DNA of 64,000 nucleotides from Tubiluchus corallicola (taxonomy: Eukaryota > Animalia > Priapulida): the NCBI GenBank assembly GCA_030141605.1, contig JAQGDQ010000002.1, forward strand, positions 930,001 to 994,000, given 5' to 3'. This document shows, one piece after another, positions 1 through 15,600 of this stretch (position 1 is the first letter of the stretch; each line of letters starts with the position of its first letter). Position numbers and translations under genes: made by a program. The notes beneath the pieces were generated by a model. The model searched no databases. It was not told the origin of the DNA and saw only the letters and a list, made by a program, of their open reading frames with translations.

Positions 1-481
1 AAATTCAAACTGGTGCAAAGAACAAAATGGACATCATATATGCAGTGAAACAAAATTTCTTTTTTCACATTGCCAAGTTTCAGTGTAAAGTAATGCAGAA
101 AAGTGCAATATAAAAATTGTGCAATTACAGCTGTTATAATAACAAATATTCACTGTGCTTTGTGAATGCATGACGAGTGCTCATTTTTTGGAAATTGTTA
201 CAAAAAGCTATTCGTATACAGAGGATATCGCACTAATAAAAACCCGCAATTGTATTTGACCGCCAGGAAAAGCTGAAAACGAAATAAATGATATATATTA
301 CATTACATTTCACATTTGTGTGCAAGCAGTAATTTTAGTACATTGCGAAATTATCTATAGAAGATGAAATATTTCCTATAAAACATACCAAGAAACTAGA
401 TTAAGCATTCGTCACACAGCATTTTACTTTTACTTCAAACAGCCCATCTTTAAACATATTTAAAAAAAGTGATCCACTTAC

Positions 482-661
482 ACTAAACACAGTAGCAGGA
501 GGTACTGCATGACGGCGAATAGCAAGAATAGCAGCATTTGGATGAAAACCTGGATGAGCTTGCGGAGGCGGAGGTGGAGGTATGGGACTGGCACCAAGCT
601 TCTGAATATGGAAACGTCGTACTGCATACATGCGTAGAATCTTCTCAACACAATGAATATC
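482..661 (-). CDS. ARID2: ARID2 exon 19 (DIHC...AAILAIRRH)
   Basis: Conserved A..A.RR motif; donor gtaagt; gene continues beyond window start. Confidence 0.9.
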
Positions 662-3600
662 CTGCAGAATAAATGCAAATTCACGAAATGTTAGTTACCT
701 AGAGTAACCTAAGTGAGTGCAAAAAGGGAGCCGTGTGCAGGTTGCACAATGTGTACGCTACTATCCTTTGCCCCTACCTGACATCAATATGAAGTCACAA
801 CATCATAGGCTACTTACTATAATTAAGTAAACAATCTATTGAATACAGTTCGCATAGCCCTGCACGGAAGCTTTAGCGGCAGTCCTTGCTTTAATCAGGG
901 ATCTGCTACGCATAACCACCCTATACCGTGAAGTGCTAGGATTAGTCATTAGCCACTCGGATGATGATTGATCATTGATGGCAAAGGTAGGCAATTTTTA
1001 TACAGAGTCAGAAGCCACTGATCTATAATGCAGTGTAATGAACCATGACAACATACCGTCAAGAACCACAGCATAATTATGGTAACGATGAAAGATGTTA
1101 TTCGTAAAAGTATGAGTCACGCACAGGTTTCACTTTATTTCAAGCACATTATATAAATAAGGCAGTACTCAGTACTCATTTTACAAGATTTAGCAATATT
1201 TCTTAGAAGCCAGAATGGAATAGATAACATACCTGCATGTGAGTCGCAAGTGACCAACGCTTGCGTACAAGGCTGTCACACTGTTCCCACAAGCAAGGGC
1301 CATCGCTCTGACAGTGCACTTCCATACAGTGCCGAAACATATGTGACGCCTTTGGACATTGACTGAAATGTAAAGTATAGTTAAGCAATAACAAAGTTAC
1401 AGAAAAGCTACAAAACACTAGAAAATAAAGAACCAATAAATGAACATACAGAGCAAATTAATACTCACTAGCCACAGTTCTTCCACATGCACATTAGTTG
1501 AAGATCAGCAGGAATTTGTAACTTAGCAGCCTTCTTCTGAAGTTCTTGAGTTGCTTTCTGAGCGGCCTGTTGCTGTTGCTGTTGCTGTTGCTGCTGTTGT
1601 TGTTCTTGCTGTTGCTGTGGCACTTGCGCTCCTGCTGGAACTAAAACAATTTAAAATGAAAAATCCTTTGAATATAATCTGTACAAAATATTAAGTGGAG
1701 TTGTATATCAAATCTATGCATGTATTAACTTAGCGCTAAAATTTACAATAATATTGTATTTGTTTTGTGTCATTATTTCCAATTGTCGTGTAGTGTGGTA
1801 CAGTACACATTAACCATTGAAAAGGCACAGAGAATCAACAAAAGGTTAAAATCTTGGAGTAATTATGAATGAACATGAAAGAAAAATTATAGATGTAAAA
1901 TATTTCTTGCTTTTTAATTGACTTTTCTAAACTGTTTGACCTTAAGTCAATTTCGGATAAAGACAAGATTTCACGTAGTAATTTCACAGATAAAACAATT
2001 TTTTGACATTTAAAAAACTGATTATTTCACATATGTAAGAAACACACTATTACAATTAAGTAAAAAACAAAAAACAGGCAGTAGTGTAATGGTGGTGAGA
2101 GCCGCACAATTACATTTATCAGATGCTTATGCCAGTATGAGAACACACACACAAAAATTAAAGGCAAGTGGTGACAATGTCTTACAAGTGATATCAAAAA
2201 CATTTTAGGGTATGTTTAAGCTGCAAAAAATTTTACCTTTGAATGATAGGGGCACACTGGATAATCTGTGGAGGCCCCTAAGTATAATTACACTACTGAT
2301 AGCAAGTTACTGTAAATTACCTATTTTTCTAGGAGTGCTTGGACTTGAAGTCATTGGTTTGCTAATACCTGGTCTTGAACATCGTGCAACAGGCATTTTT
2401 GGTACACTCTTAGGAGTACCACTTCGACGTGCTTTACTTTTCTTCGTTTGTGTCACAGGTGTGGTAGTTGTTGTCTGTACGACTCTCACTATTGTTCTAC
2501 TCGCAGGAGGTACACTGGCAGTGGGAACTGATATTAGCGGCGGAGATTCTTTAAGGGTTGGTGACTCAAGAGCATGTTTTAATATTGGACTATGAGGTGC
2601 AGGAGAAGAAGGGAGGCCAGGAGATGGAGTTTGCATGCGCCTGGTGGGGGAAGATGAAAAAGATTGACGTTTAGCATCAGGACCGGAAGAAGGGGAAGTG
2701 GACGGACGTTTCTGTGCATGACTGGATTCTTGTGTTCTTGAAGTGCTGTTGGGCGACATAGGTGATGATCGGGAGGTCTGACTTGACTCACCAGTTTCCT
2801 TTTTCAAAGTAAAGCTAGCTGTGATGTCAAATGATAATGTTGACTTGACTGGAGAATCAAGTAACTCGCCTAGTAGACTGGTTGTTGGCTTGGCAGGAGG
2901 GGAAGCAACATTACTGTTCTCCACAGGCTTATCACTTGACATGAAAAGACTGCTAACACCCAAAGATGACTTTACATCAACTTTGTTGCTGCTCAGTACA
3001 CCAGTGCTAACTGATTCGTCGACTTTGTTGCTAGTTAACAAACTAACAATGTGTGTAGCATCAACTCTGTCACTACTTGGTGCATCAGCACTGAGTGAAT
3101 TATCAACTTTACTGCTAGTTAGTGAACCCACTCTATCTGATCTATCAACTAATGCATTGGGAGTAGTATTAGCGACCATTGTAATATTGTTAGCACTGGT
3201 TATATCGTCTGAGCTGACAACCAGTTTATTTTCACAATCATTGTATCGCAATTGGAGTTGCTCTCCATGATTATCACTATTGTTGGAACTATCATTAGAT
3301 GACACAGGATCATTGGCGCCATCATTTTGTGGTATTTTATACGCAACACCATTCCGACTGCTGTCGGACATTAATACATCCTGACCGGGGAGATCTGCAA
3401 GCGTTGTATCTATCTGTTCAGTGTAATTTCCATCGGTTCTGTCACCATTAGGAACAGGAGGTGTCATACACTCAGGCTCCAAGTAACCATTCACAAGCAC
3501 TTCTGCAGCAATATCTGCTTCTGTTTTCACGTATTCTGGTAATGTATTCACAAGTCTCTTGGACTCTTCAGGATCGCCCACTGGACCGTTAAAACACAAA

Positions 3601-6600
3601 CTTTCAAGGCCATCTTGAGCACTACTTAGTTTAGAGCCAACAGAAGAAATTCCACTATCAGAATTCGATAATGGGGCATCAGTCATAGGTACGGATGGCA
3701 ATTTTATACTTGCACCATTTGCAACATCACTACTCTGAACAGAATGCGGCAGTCCATTAACAGGCTTACCACTGTAAGTTTGTTCGTGTGTTGAAAGAAC
3801 TTGGTGGCGACCTTGTTGAACTATTGCAGATTGATTATTAGTGACATTGTGCTTGACGCATGTAGCAGTTAAAGGATTAGCTGAATCAGCATTTGTACTG
3901 ATATTTTGACTAGGTACAATCCCTGAATGTTGGTCTTTATTCACATCCATTTCACAGAAACCTTCGTCTTGTACGCTCTTATTTTCTATTCGTTCTATCC
4001 TTGCTTCGTGCACTTCACTGGCAGGAACAACACTACTAGCCTGCTCAACATGAGCACATACTTCTAAGTGAGCATTGGCATCAGTAGAATCAACCAGTTT
4101 TTCTTTCGAATGTTCCGATTTTAAAGATCGAGCTTTGGGAAATTTTGATCCACTGCTCACTCGATTTCGTGAAGGTGACTTACTTGCACTGCGAGAGGGA
4201 GACTGTTTAGGTCTAACTGGAGACTTAGCAGCAGCACGTTGCTGTAAGCGCTGGTCCACATCGATGGTCTCATCCTGGTCCTGTACAGAAGCATCTTCCT
4301 CACAACTGGAATAATACTTCTGAGTTTGATGATTGTCTTGATAATAAGCTTGCTGGGGATATGCTTGTTGATTCTGATGTTGCTTTTTGGCTCCAGGATA
4401 CACATGAATAGGATGAGAGCGCTGAGGAGACATTTGTTCAGGCGGCGATACAGAACACGGTGATACGGAATGTCCAGGCGACACTGATCTTGGTGGAGAC
4501 ACAACACGTTGCTATAATGAAAAAACAAAATTGTAAGTTTTTCCACCGCAATATATATATATATATCACACAGACAACATATCTACATTGTTATTACAAA
4601 TTATGCTCAGACATTATATTACTACTGAATTTTGTTTATAAAATTATAGCTATAGTCTGTACTAGTATAGCTAACTAAAATATGTCATGTCAGCTTAATT
4701 ATGTAATAGAGTTCAAGTAGGTAATGCTAAGGTTGTCAATCGGATACAGAATTTTGGCTTAAATTTGAAACAAATAAAAATTTACAGTACACGTTCAAGG
4801 AAGTGCAAAAGTGTGATAGCACCTCATTTCCCCCGAGCCTAGCAGAGCAGGCTCACCATCCTAATTTTTCAGACAAAATTTTAGCCACATCCATTTTTCA
4901 GCTATTTTTGTATTATATTAGTTACAATATAATGAAAGCAACTTAGAATATTTAAGTATTTCATTCACCAAGAATTTAGTCACATGATATTTTCTTTAGC
5001 CATTCTGACTAAACTTTATTTTTTGGCTAGAAGTTATATAAGGCAAGCGGGTCCTGCTCAGAGTACATTTTTTTGGCAGTTCTTTAGTTTTATAACAAAA
5101 CAAGCCCTAGATTGTGAAATTTAGTTCAGTGTTATCAGATATATGCAAGCTTTTTGCTTCATTACACTAAAAGCAGGCACAGTCAAGATGATTACTTATT
5201 AACATTAAGTGCTTTAATATACTTAGACTCAAGACAACACTGTCTGACAATTCTGCTATATTTTAGTTAAATTAGTTAGTTATAATAGTAGTTATAATTA
5301 GTTAAATTAGTTATAATATTAGTTAAAAAACTTTTGCACAATTTTCTGCATAATCTAATTGTAAACAAATGACACATGGTTGCATAATAGTGTTGTAATT
5401 TCTTAAGACTATTTTGCGGTAGCAACAGCATGAATTTCTCAAATTTTTGAAGCATATTTTAATCAAATCGAATATGTTTAACGCCAATTCAAATCATATG
5501 TTCGAATTTTCAGATTCGCCTGCAAAACCAAGAAAATACTACACTATTGCGCATAATACCGGGTGTTGCAGTAAGTTATTCAGTATTTTTAAAAATTTAT
5601 TAAAATAGCAATATCAAAATAACCGGGTATAACAATTTAGATGTGTAATCTCAAATTTACAATGTGACATCAAATTTCTAAGCAAATAGTCAATCAAAAT
5701 TTAAAAATCTTTCATAATATCTGTAAAAGTACAATACCAACAAAATAGAGATCATGTAAACAACGTAAATTATTAAAAACATACAAATAACGTAGATCAT
5801 TAGATTCGCTTTTTAACAGTTATCTGATGAGCAAAATATTTGAGTTAAATTGTTAATTTATATTTTTTCATCTTTCGTTACTTTGTTACTACTATATTAC
5901 CTAATAAATTTTCATTTTATTCAAATGAATTTGCTGAATAACCAAATTAATTTTCTAATTTGTATGCATGCAAGTTCAAGTAAAGATTGAGCATCGAAAT
6001 GTACAACCTGTGGTGACACTGGGGAATTCATTCCTTCCCGACTGGCAGCACGTTGAATGTTTGCAGTAACTTTGTTAGCAAGCAAAGTCTTAATCAAGCT
6101 GGTGTTTCCACTGGGACTTATCTGTCCTATTGAAGAAGACGGAGATGAGGTGCTGCCATTGTCTTTTTTACCTACAAAAAATTTCAGCACAATCTAGAGT
6201 CATTTATATGTGTCAACTTTACTTAACTAGCTTTGTAACTGTTTGAAATCCTATGCAACCCATGAATTAAAAAATCAGATTTACCAAGCAACGCCTGTTG
6301 TATAGAAGAGGGGTATTTGTCACTGCTGTTACCAGCTGAGTCGGCGGCTGCAGGAGTCTTTCCATTGAAGTGCGCAGAATCGATGGTCGGAGCAGCATCT
6401 TCCATGGGACTCTTTAACTGTGCAGAAAGGAGAGGAGAAGTGACGCCGGAGTAAAAATTTGGAGATATAGGAGGGGTGGAGCCAGAAGGCGATTGACTGC
6501 GTAACTGTGGTGGAAGCATTGGAAAGCGAATCTGGGAAGGAGACTGAGGAGTAGAGGGACGACTACTTATGGAATCCGAGGTTATAGATTTTACAGGAGC

Positions 6601-9600
6601 AGGTGGCCCAGGAATTTTATTAGGCATTGCTGAGAGAGTTGTAGGTGGAGCCGGTCGCTGGTAACCTAGAAAGAATTTTCAATAGTTCCATAACTTTTTT
6701 TCATAAATTTTGTAAATTGCTTCAAATAAATCATGTTTTAAAAGTGGAGCTGAGTTGTTTCCCTTATGACAGCAGTATTAGTTAGCATGTTAACTAAATG
6801 AACTCAGCAGGAGCTCAAGCCTAATACATCCAAGTCATGCAAATTACATCCCAAAATATTTTTCACAAAAATGCATGACACGTTATTATAATAGCTGCAG
6901 TACAGATGAAGGATCTATATAGGTTAAATTTTATGCTAAGAAAATAAAAACTAGTAAAGGTGAAGTGTAAAAAGCAGAGTGATTTGCAGATACCTTTCCA
7001 GTCACTAGTATTAGTAGCAGTAGTAACAGTAGCAGATGCAGCTGCAGTAGTAGTGTTAGTACTGCCAGTAGCTGAAACGCTAATGTTAGTAGATGTGGGC
7101 TTTGTATGCAGGGACACGGACGCTTGCACAATCTCATTTGCTGTCATAACAGCTGCACGAGGTAGCACTTTCACAGCAACTGCAAAGTTTGACATTATTC
7201 AGAAAATATGTTGAATAAACATTCAGTAAACAATTTTGCATAGTTATTAATACAAATTATGAGCAAAAACTGTTGCTTAAACAAGAACTACATACAAGAA
7301 CATAAATTTGTTTAAACAAACACTACTCACAAAAGAAAAAGGGTAATAGAATAAATAAAGTAGAAGCATCAAACATTAAAAAATACTTAGCTAAAAAGGA
7401 TTGGCACAGTTGTAATAATAGTGACAGAGCAATACGCACTTGCACTAGTAGGTGGTGGAGGACGAGTCTTTCTACGCAATCCTTCATGATGTAATGCAGA
7501 TTGACCATTTTCCAGTGTGACCTGCTTAGTTCCCACCCATGGGAACACCTCTCTGTTAAAGATAGCAAAGTCCATTTTAGCTAACAGAATACAAATTTAG
7601 AAAATGATTGTCTTTGGGAGTTTTATTGACCACACTGCCATCTATTCTTTCTAATGTTCTTGCCAAGCTTGATATTCACCATTACTATAATATAAAAGTA
7701 TACTATTTGTAGTTACTGCACTTGCTTTTTTAGTGTCATAAAAAAGAAATAGTGAAAAGGATAGACAAATAAAAAATAAAGTTTGATTCCAACATTTCAA
7801 CCTCCTTAGAGGAAGCCATTACCATGGCTAGCAGATTAGAAACTTTTGCTAAATGATATACAATGAGAAATGCAATTTACAAATATATAAAAAAGATTGT
7901 AACAAGAATAGAAAATGATAAAATTTTGACAAAACACCTTCATTAAGAAGAATTAATATGCTTTGAAAATGCCGCTTATTTAGTTTTCTCATAATATTCT
8001 GTTCAAGTCATTATCCTTTGTTTTATTATTTTATTATTGTAAACCATGCCTTTCTTTATGACCAAGTGTAATTCTATTTTTATTTTGAAGTAAAAACACA
8101 AGTTTTTAAATTAGGTTTTTACGTTATATACCTATTAGTCTTGATAATTACTCCTGTTAGGGGTGTTGTAATAATCATGTTAAACTTAACTCTTTACTTA
8201 TACATCACCATCATTTCCCCCAGTTACTTATACCCTGGATATGTACACCAATTACAAGCACTAACCTAACGCATTCCCCAAATTTGCCAGCAGTGATGAT
8301 TGCTGCCCGTCCGAGCTTGCTAGCAGCAGCTAAGTATTCCGTGTACATTTCCACTCGAGGATAAGTGCTTGTCTCATCTTTACCAAAATTCAGTTGCAGC
8401 CAACGACAAGCAAACTTTTCTGGAGTGATTTTGTGCACAACAACACCAGGGGGTGTGGCACCCGTTGGAGCAGCAGCTGCTGCCAGTGGTGCTGGTGCTG
8501 GCCATATTGGCCCAGGTCGAGGTTGACTTGGCTCTGAAATTGTAAAAGCTCCTGTGACGCATTCAAATTTTTACTATTTCCAATAGTTTGATAGGTAGCA
8601 GATAAAAATAAGTTAGTATTATTTAAGAATACGTGTAGGGCACTGATAAAACAAAGAAAAAAGCAACACTTTACGTACTTGGAGGTGGTTGCTTAGGTAG
8701 TGGTGGTGCTGTTACTGGGACTGGCTGTTCTGCCGTTGGATGAACCATAGGTCTCTGCACAGGAATCGGAAGAGGTTGAACTTGCACCATAGTACCACTC
8801 TGGGCATCAGCACCTTGTGCTGGCACAAACTCAACTACTTTCATGCCCACTAAAGCATTTGCTCCAAATGAATGTGCCTCTGTTGTACAAAAATCTACCA
8901 GCAGCTCTGCAAAACAATTCTGGATTATTAAACTTGGGTTATGTTTAGGCATTTATCCAAAACATTTGTTAATGTGATAAACCACAATTATCATTATTAA
9001 TTAATAATTAAAATGTTTACGTAAGTAAATTTGGAAGTTAAGGTTAAATTATACCATTTTTACTAACATTTTTGAAACTAATATGTAAAATATAGTTTGA
9101 TGCTCAAAGTACTTGTGCTCTTTGAAAAACTAAAATTTTAATTCACATTCTAATAAAATAATAATGGGAGAGTGGCTTTTACACTGTAGTCGTCATTACC
9201 AAAACTGATTTTACAATCTACAACTTAGCACAGCCATAGTATGGAATGTTAATTATAGTGAAAGTTGACAGGTGACATATTCACAGAGCATGTAATTTCA
9301 AAATTTATCCTGGGGAACAGCTGTGAAAGCCAAGCAATGTTATAGCACAAGTCCTTGTGAGAATGATCTTTTACGAGGTATTCAGTACTGCCTAAACTAT
9401 CCTCATGTACCGCACTAACACGATCACTATCATAGTCCTGATAAAACAATAGCTATAGGCTACCTATTATTATCTGCTCTGACAACACTTGGCAGAGAAA
9501 TAGCACATAGTGTTTTTCATCTCAGCTGAGAAGTCAAGCATGCTATCTTACGCACACAAGTGAGCATGATATCTATTTAGCTATGCCTATGTTTTAGAAA

Positions 9601-12600
9601 AAGCAAAATTCTAAAATACAAAGTACAGTGCTTACCGATAGATCTGCGCACTTTAGTTATATTGGTACAAGTGGCTTCTCCTAATTCAGATAATTGATAC
9701 AAGAGTTCCAACGTGTATACGATAAGCATGATATCGTGTATTGTAAGCAGGGTGCATATACTTTGGTATAAACAATGATCTATGTTTTCAACTATAACAT
9801 CCTCATTCCGTTCATGCTGGCAAAGATTTGTCAGTATCTCTAACCCTAAACACAACAGAATTTGTATGTACAGCAGGAAATATGTCTATTGATCACACAT
9901 CAATACAAGTAACATACATGACACGTACATCAGGAGTACAAAACTATCCCAGAAAAATATGTAAGAGTGGGTACTGCCTTTGAGATGAAATCTATTTAGA
10001 TGTATTTTATCTATAATGGAAATATAGTTAAATTTCTTTTTTACAGACTGAGTTTAAAATGCTGAAACCATTAGCTTTTTTATATGCTTGTGTTGAAATT
10101 TTTTATAACCTGAACTGTGAAGAACATTTATAATCATGACTTGAAAGATGTGGTAACATTAAGTATTATTTACTACTGTTTGTAAACAATTTTCTAAATG
10201 TGTACAAGCTGCATTTGAATGTACGGTTATCAGCACTTTACCTCTTATAATTTCAAATTTGTCTGCAGAATTAATGCATTTTGAGATCGTGCGGAAGATC
10301 AGTTGTGTGACAAGAAAGTCAACAGGGCCAAGTACTAATGCAGAAGCAATGTTTGCAAGAGTATCGAGACCAGCCGTACGTAGAGTTGACCAAGTGTTCT
10401 GAGCACATAATAAGAAAAACCTGGAACAGAAAACAACTATGAGCATGAATTAACTAATCTAAAAAATGCAACAGTGCTGATGTTGAGTAACTACTCATTT
10501 GCTGTGCAACTTTTCATTTTGATTACTGACTTTTCAGTTTTCGTATCATACCAGAGAAAATTAATAATTAGAATTGTATAATAATTTAGAAGTACTGTAC
10601 CACTAAGAACTTTTAGGCTGAATGCTAACTTATGGTGCCTTTATTTTCCAACAGAATAGTTTAATAATTTTTGAAATACAGTAATTTATTGAAAATTTAA
10701 AGCACTGCATGAAAAAAACCTGACACCTCACTTATAGCTATTCACATCAAACTTGAAACTTCCAGTCAAATTTGTGTATTTTTATACAAGCACTCAATAA
10801 AATAATAGATACAACAGCAGCTACAAAACTGTACAAATGAGTTTTCAATTTTAGTATTATAATGGGTCTTCAATTTTTAAGATTTGAAAATCATTTAGGT
10901 TTTGAAAGTATTGAATGCTTACTTGAGGCAAGTAACACTGCATGCCATCACAGGAACATTGTCTTTTTCAAAAGACAGGTTTCTCAGTATAACAGCAATC
11001 TGCTCCACACGCTGACATTCTCTGTCAGTCACGCCACAATCACGAACAGCAAATAATTCTTCTTCAGAATTACTACAGTCTAAATGAACAAAACAAATAT
11101 ATATAGCAATAAATCTTTCTATATGGAGGACTACTGGTTTTGTACTGACAGAGTTCTGTAGAATAAAGGAACGAATGGTCATTATCATAGAAACACGTTG
11201 TTAGAGAATACCTTAGTAGTTACGTCTCTCTCTAAAAATGTCCAGAACAACTGTCACTTCGAAGTTCACTTTTTACCATTTCTATTCAAACCTTTTCTAC
11301 TTATAGCAAAATGAAAATTTTGTAGCTTATTTACAATAAAGTTATTTTAAGTGAAATCTGCAATAGCCACAGAAATTGGTAATATCGTTAAAGAAATGCA
11401 GGGATTAACTAATAGCATAAAAACGCATCACCAAAATCTTAATAAAAAACAATCGAAAACAGCAAAACAAAATAAGAATGGTGGCACGGCATCATTGGTA
11501 TTCTTGCGAGAAACAGCTTTCCCAAAGGTTAAAAGTTGAATTAGGTTAAAAAATTGTCTAAACTTCTTCAAGAACTAGTTTAGTTAATCCAATGTAACTC
11601 ATTTATTTTTTTCTATTACAGCAGTATGCAGTTCAAAGTATTACAAGTTTTAACAGGAAAATTCCACACATCAGTTAAAAGTGTCTTAATAAAAAGCTTG
11701 CCCTAAGTCACAGAAATTACTAGTCACCCGAAATTTAAGGCTGGTGTCTATGCTATTCTGACAAGGCTCAGCATTAATACCACACAGTTAATTGTATTTC
11801 CACACAAGCTAAAATTTACCATTAAAGAAAGAGAATTCACAAATTAAAATTGAGAGAAAAACAAATTAAAAATAAAAGTTTTTGCATGCTGTGCAGGAAA
11901 ATGTTTACCTTGTTTGTTAGTAACAGTTGTTATAGGCAGTAAACCTCGATACTCTTCATATTTTGTTGTGTCATACCAAAACTGAAACGGAAAAATCTTC
12001 TTAAAACAACTAGAATTTAATTTTTATTTCTTTATACATAAAAACTAACATAAAATAATAAATACAAGTGCAAATATATTATATGTATATATAATTTACA
12101 ATGATACAGACAACTAAATTATATCAAACACTGCGAAGGCATATTAGCATCAACATTATTTAATCCACCAAGTACTCTGCTATGATTCACCTTCAGATAA
12201 GTGAACACTTGCGTTTCCCGATGCCAGATGGCAGCAGTAGTAGGAGAAAAGAGTGAAACAGGAAGACGAGCGACATGCCTTTGCTTGAGCAATGAGCAGT
12301 GAGCAGCGGCAGCCATTACTCAATAATAAGTACACAAGCATACCATAGCGTACTCGGTCGTTACACACAATATTAACACAAGTAGCATGCAATGAATCTT
12401 TCACGCGCGCTCCCACTTTCACACTCTGCATAGGAAAATTGTAAAATGCCTTGAACTAGTAGAAATATCGAACAAATTCAGCCATATAAACGAAAAATCC
12501 ATAATACACAACAAAGGCATTGACAGCATACTTTGCTAGACTGTTATGCTTTCTCTAATTGAAGATGTGATACATATTTAGGAAAAAGCGCATTTTATAG

Positions 12601-15600
12601 CGGCCTGTTGTTGGTGTAAGGATAATAATGATTCAATTAATATTTTGGAAACTGGCAGTTAAGAACAGGACTTCATTTGAGAACATAGGTACAGTAGGTT
12701 AAATGTACAGTATATCACATGTGAGCGAGTTAGAATTGCAAGTACAGTGTAGAATGTAATATTTAAATTTTAATTTCAGTTTAACCCGGCTATAAAATGC
12801 TAAGAGACACTATAACACTAAAGTGATTCTGACAGCGATAAAATTCATGCACAAGAAATGCACAAAAGAACGGCAGTGATTAGGTTTACTGGGTTATAAT
12901 ATAATTTTTTTATTACATTACGGAAACTGTTATTTTGGAACTTGATAGATGTTCAAAATGCTAGAATTCGCTAATCCAGGCTACAAAACAGATGCTTCGT
13001 GAAGAAGCACTGTATGAATAAAAATGTTTAAAGCCAATTAGAGTGTCAAAACGTAGTTCAGAAATAGAGGTGGGGGAAAAGAGTTAAAACGGGATAGACA
13101 GAAAAATTTAAGAACTCGCACACGTAAAATGGGACACTGCTATGGGAACGTTTGCTGTGAATGTCACAAATAATGTTTCATTATGTGATAACAATGCTGA
13201 GGTCCAAGAATTAAAATTGCAGGCCAAATAAGTGAATGCATTAATAGTTGAATATTATAAGAAATAATAGTTGAATATTATAAGAAAAATAGTACATGGG
13301 TTGATCTCATAGTACAGCTTGCTTTTTTGTAATAGCAATAACAAATTAAATGCCATTTCCGAGAAGCACACTAGATAGGCACTTGAATACTTCACAGTAA
13401 TAATATATAGTACAACTACATATACTGAAAATATTTCAGACCTGTAAGTTATAATTTTAACTTCAATACTGGAAATAGGTACTTAATACTTGATAACAAT
13501 CCTCTATAGTATAACTATATATATGAAAAATATTTCAGACCTGTAAAGTAGGATTTTAATTTCAAAGCTGGAAATAGGTACTTTAATAACTGGTAACAAT
13601 ATTCTATAGTATCACTATACATACAAACAGTATTTTTCTTCTGTATCAGGCGAGTTTTGTCATCTCCATTAGCTACGAACTTGATTGTAGCACAAGAGAC
13701 TATTATTAAATTCCAGTTTCTAAAAGTGACAGTAACTAGTCATTCTAAAATAAGTCAGTCAGACGACATAGTTTTTAAAACGAAAATCTCTATAACATTA
13801 GTAGCTATTTATGTTATAAGTTGAAAATAATAAGCACGAGAGACTTACCCGACTAAGACGGTACCTGGTGTTCGGACGCCACCCTTCCTCATACACTGCC
13901 TGCAGAGACCCCAGCCCATCGGAAAAGGAGCCAGCATGTGCTAACAGTAAGTCCAGCAGACGTGGACATTGGTCAAGCTTTAGCACATGTTTACCTTCAT
14001 TCGACAGTAGAGTGCATACATTCAAAGAGAAGTCCACCTCATTTGGCAGCCCCGATAAAAGAGAATATGTCAGTTTATCATATTGACTGTGCTTTGCAGA
14101 GTCCACAGAAAGGCCAGCAAAATTTCTCACTGAGGCTGAAAAAATGAATTCATGACGTGGATCAAAATATAAATTTAATATTTATTCCATCTATCATTCA
14201 TTGCAAAATGCTATGTAATTTAAGTAACTTAAACTAAGTATTATAAAGACAGGTGAACAAAGTGTTCATCCAACAGTACTCACTATCATTAATTCAAGAC
14301 GATATATCAAGAGAACACGAGTTTTATTTAATTATAAAATATCTAATGACAATTTATATAATGCAGCAAAGAAACACGCTTGGAATAAGTAAATCCAAAT
14401 AAGAAGATGCACAGGATTAGACATGCATTAAGGTTGCCTTAGGAATATTCCTCGCCTATATCATTAACTAAAGCTCTTAAATCAATAAAAAAGTCCAGAG
14501 AAGGTCAAATACTGATATGTATATGCACACACACGCACACACACACACACACGCACGCACGCACGCACACACACACACACACAGTCCAGCCGAGATGTAT
14601 ATAGATATACATACATATATACACACACATATACATATATATATATATATATATATGTATATGTGTGTGTGTATGTATATATGTATGTATATCTATATAC
14701 ATCTCGGCTGGACTACATATACATATATATATAATTTAAAAGACGGTACATCGGATGTAGTGCTTAGGCTCAAAAAGTGGAATGTGTAGAGGTATGTGAA
14801 CATCAGAGCGCATGGATAATAATGAAACTTTTATTATATTCGTACGTCTTTTTAAAAGAAGTAATAAACAAACAACTGTGGGGAAAGAAAAATAGCTGAG
14901 AGGTCAAGGTGAGTACCATACATGAATGGATAAACTGCTACAAAAAGTTACTAATTGGCAAACTTATTCTTGACAAAATTATCTTTGATAATAAGATAGA
15001 AATAGAATCTTGTCAACACAGTCACCAGCATAATAGTAATAAATGAGTGAGCTGGATACCAGTTTTTAGTGCAGTAAATTGTATAAAAAAATCAGTGAAG
15101 TCGAATCACAGAAACTGTAAAAAACAGTAAAGCTGGCATTTGAATTGAAAACCAGCAATGCAATCCTAATTTCATTACGAACAATTCCTAAAACCATACA
15201 CGTGAGAACAAAATAAGAAAGTCACTACACAAACAACTGTAAACACATGAGACAATGTTAATATCACATAATTCTAGCGTCATTCTAATTACAATTTTTA
15301 GTTTAATTATTAAAAAAATAAACATACAACTATTTAATTCAAATTTGCAAATCATCCTGCAAATTTTGTAGCATATCAAATGAAATATACAAGTAACACT
15401 ACAGACCATGCACTAATCAAAGAAGTTCGGAGATAACTTTATAACACTTACGGGACACATTGTGCCATGAATGATGGTATACCATGGGCACTGTGTCGGT
15501 AATACTAGGTGCTTTAGACTTGACTTTTTTCTCGTCTGGATCTTGATCTGCAGGATCTTCTCCCAAGAAATGCACCTTTTCATACAAATCCAAATATCTG

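Noticed and set aside
850-975. Minus-strand tRNA A-box-like TCCGAGTGGCTAA
   Set aside because: No proper B box or cloverleaf; at most a decayed SINE head
2212-4314. Plus-strand ORFs of 127, 149 and 79 aa
   Set aside because: Antisense shadows of the large ARID2 exon
9249-9449. 66-aa ORF or cassette exon in ARID2 intron 9
   Set aside because: Wrong phase for the flanking exons (immediate stop), no clear donor, and no convincing snoRNA boxes
9839-9849. CTAACCCTAA telomere or telomerase-template-like motif
   Set aside because: Coincides with the ARID2 exon 9 acceptor and coding sequence; chance match
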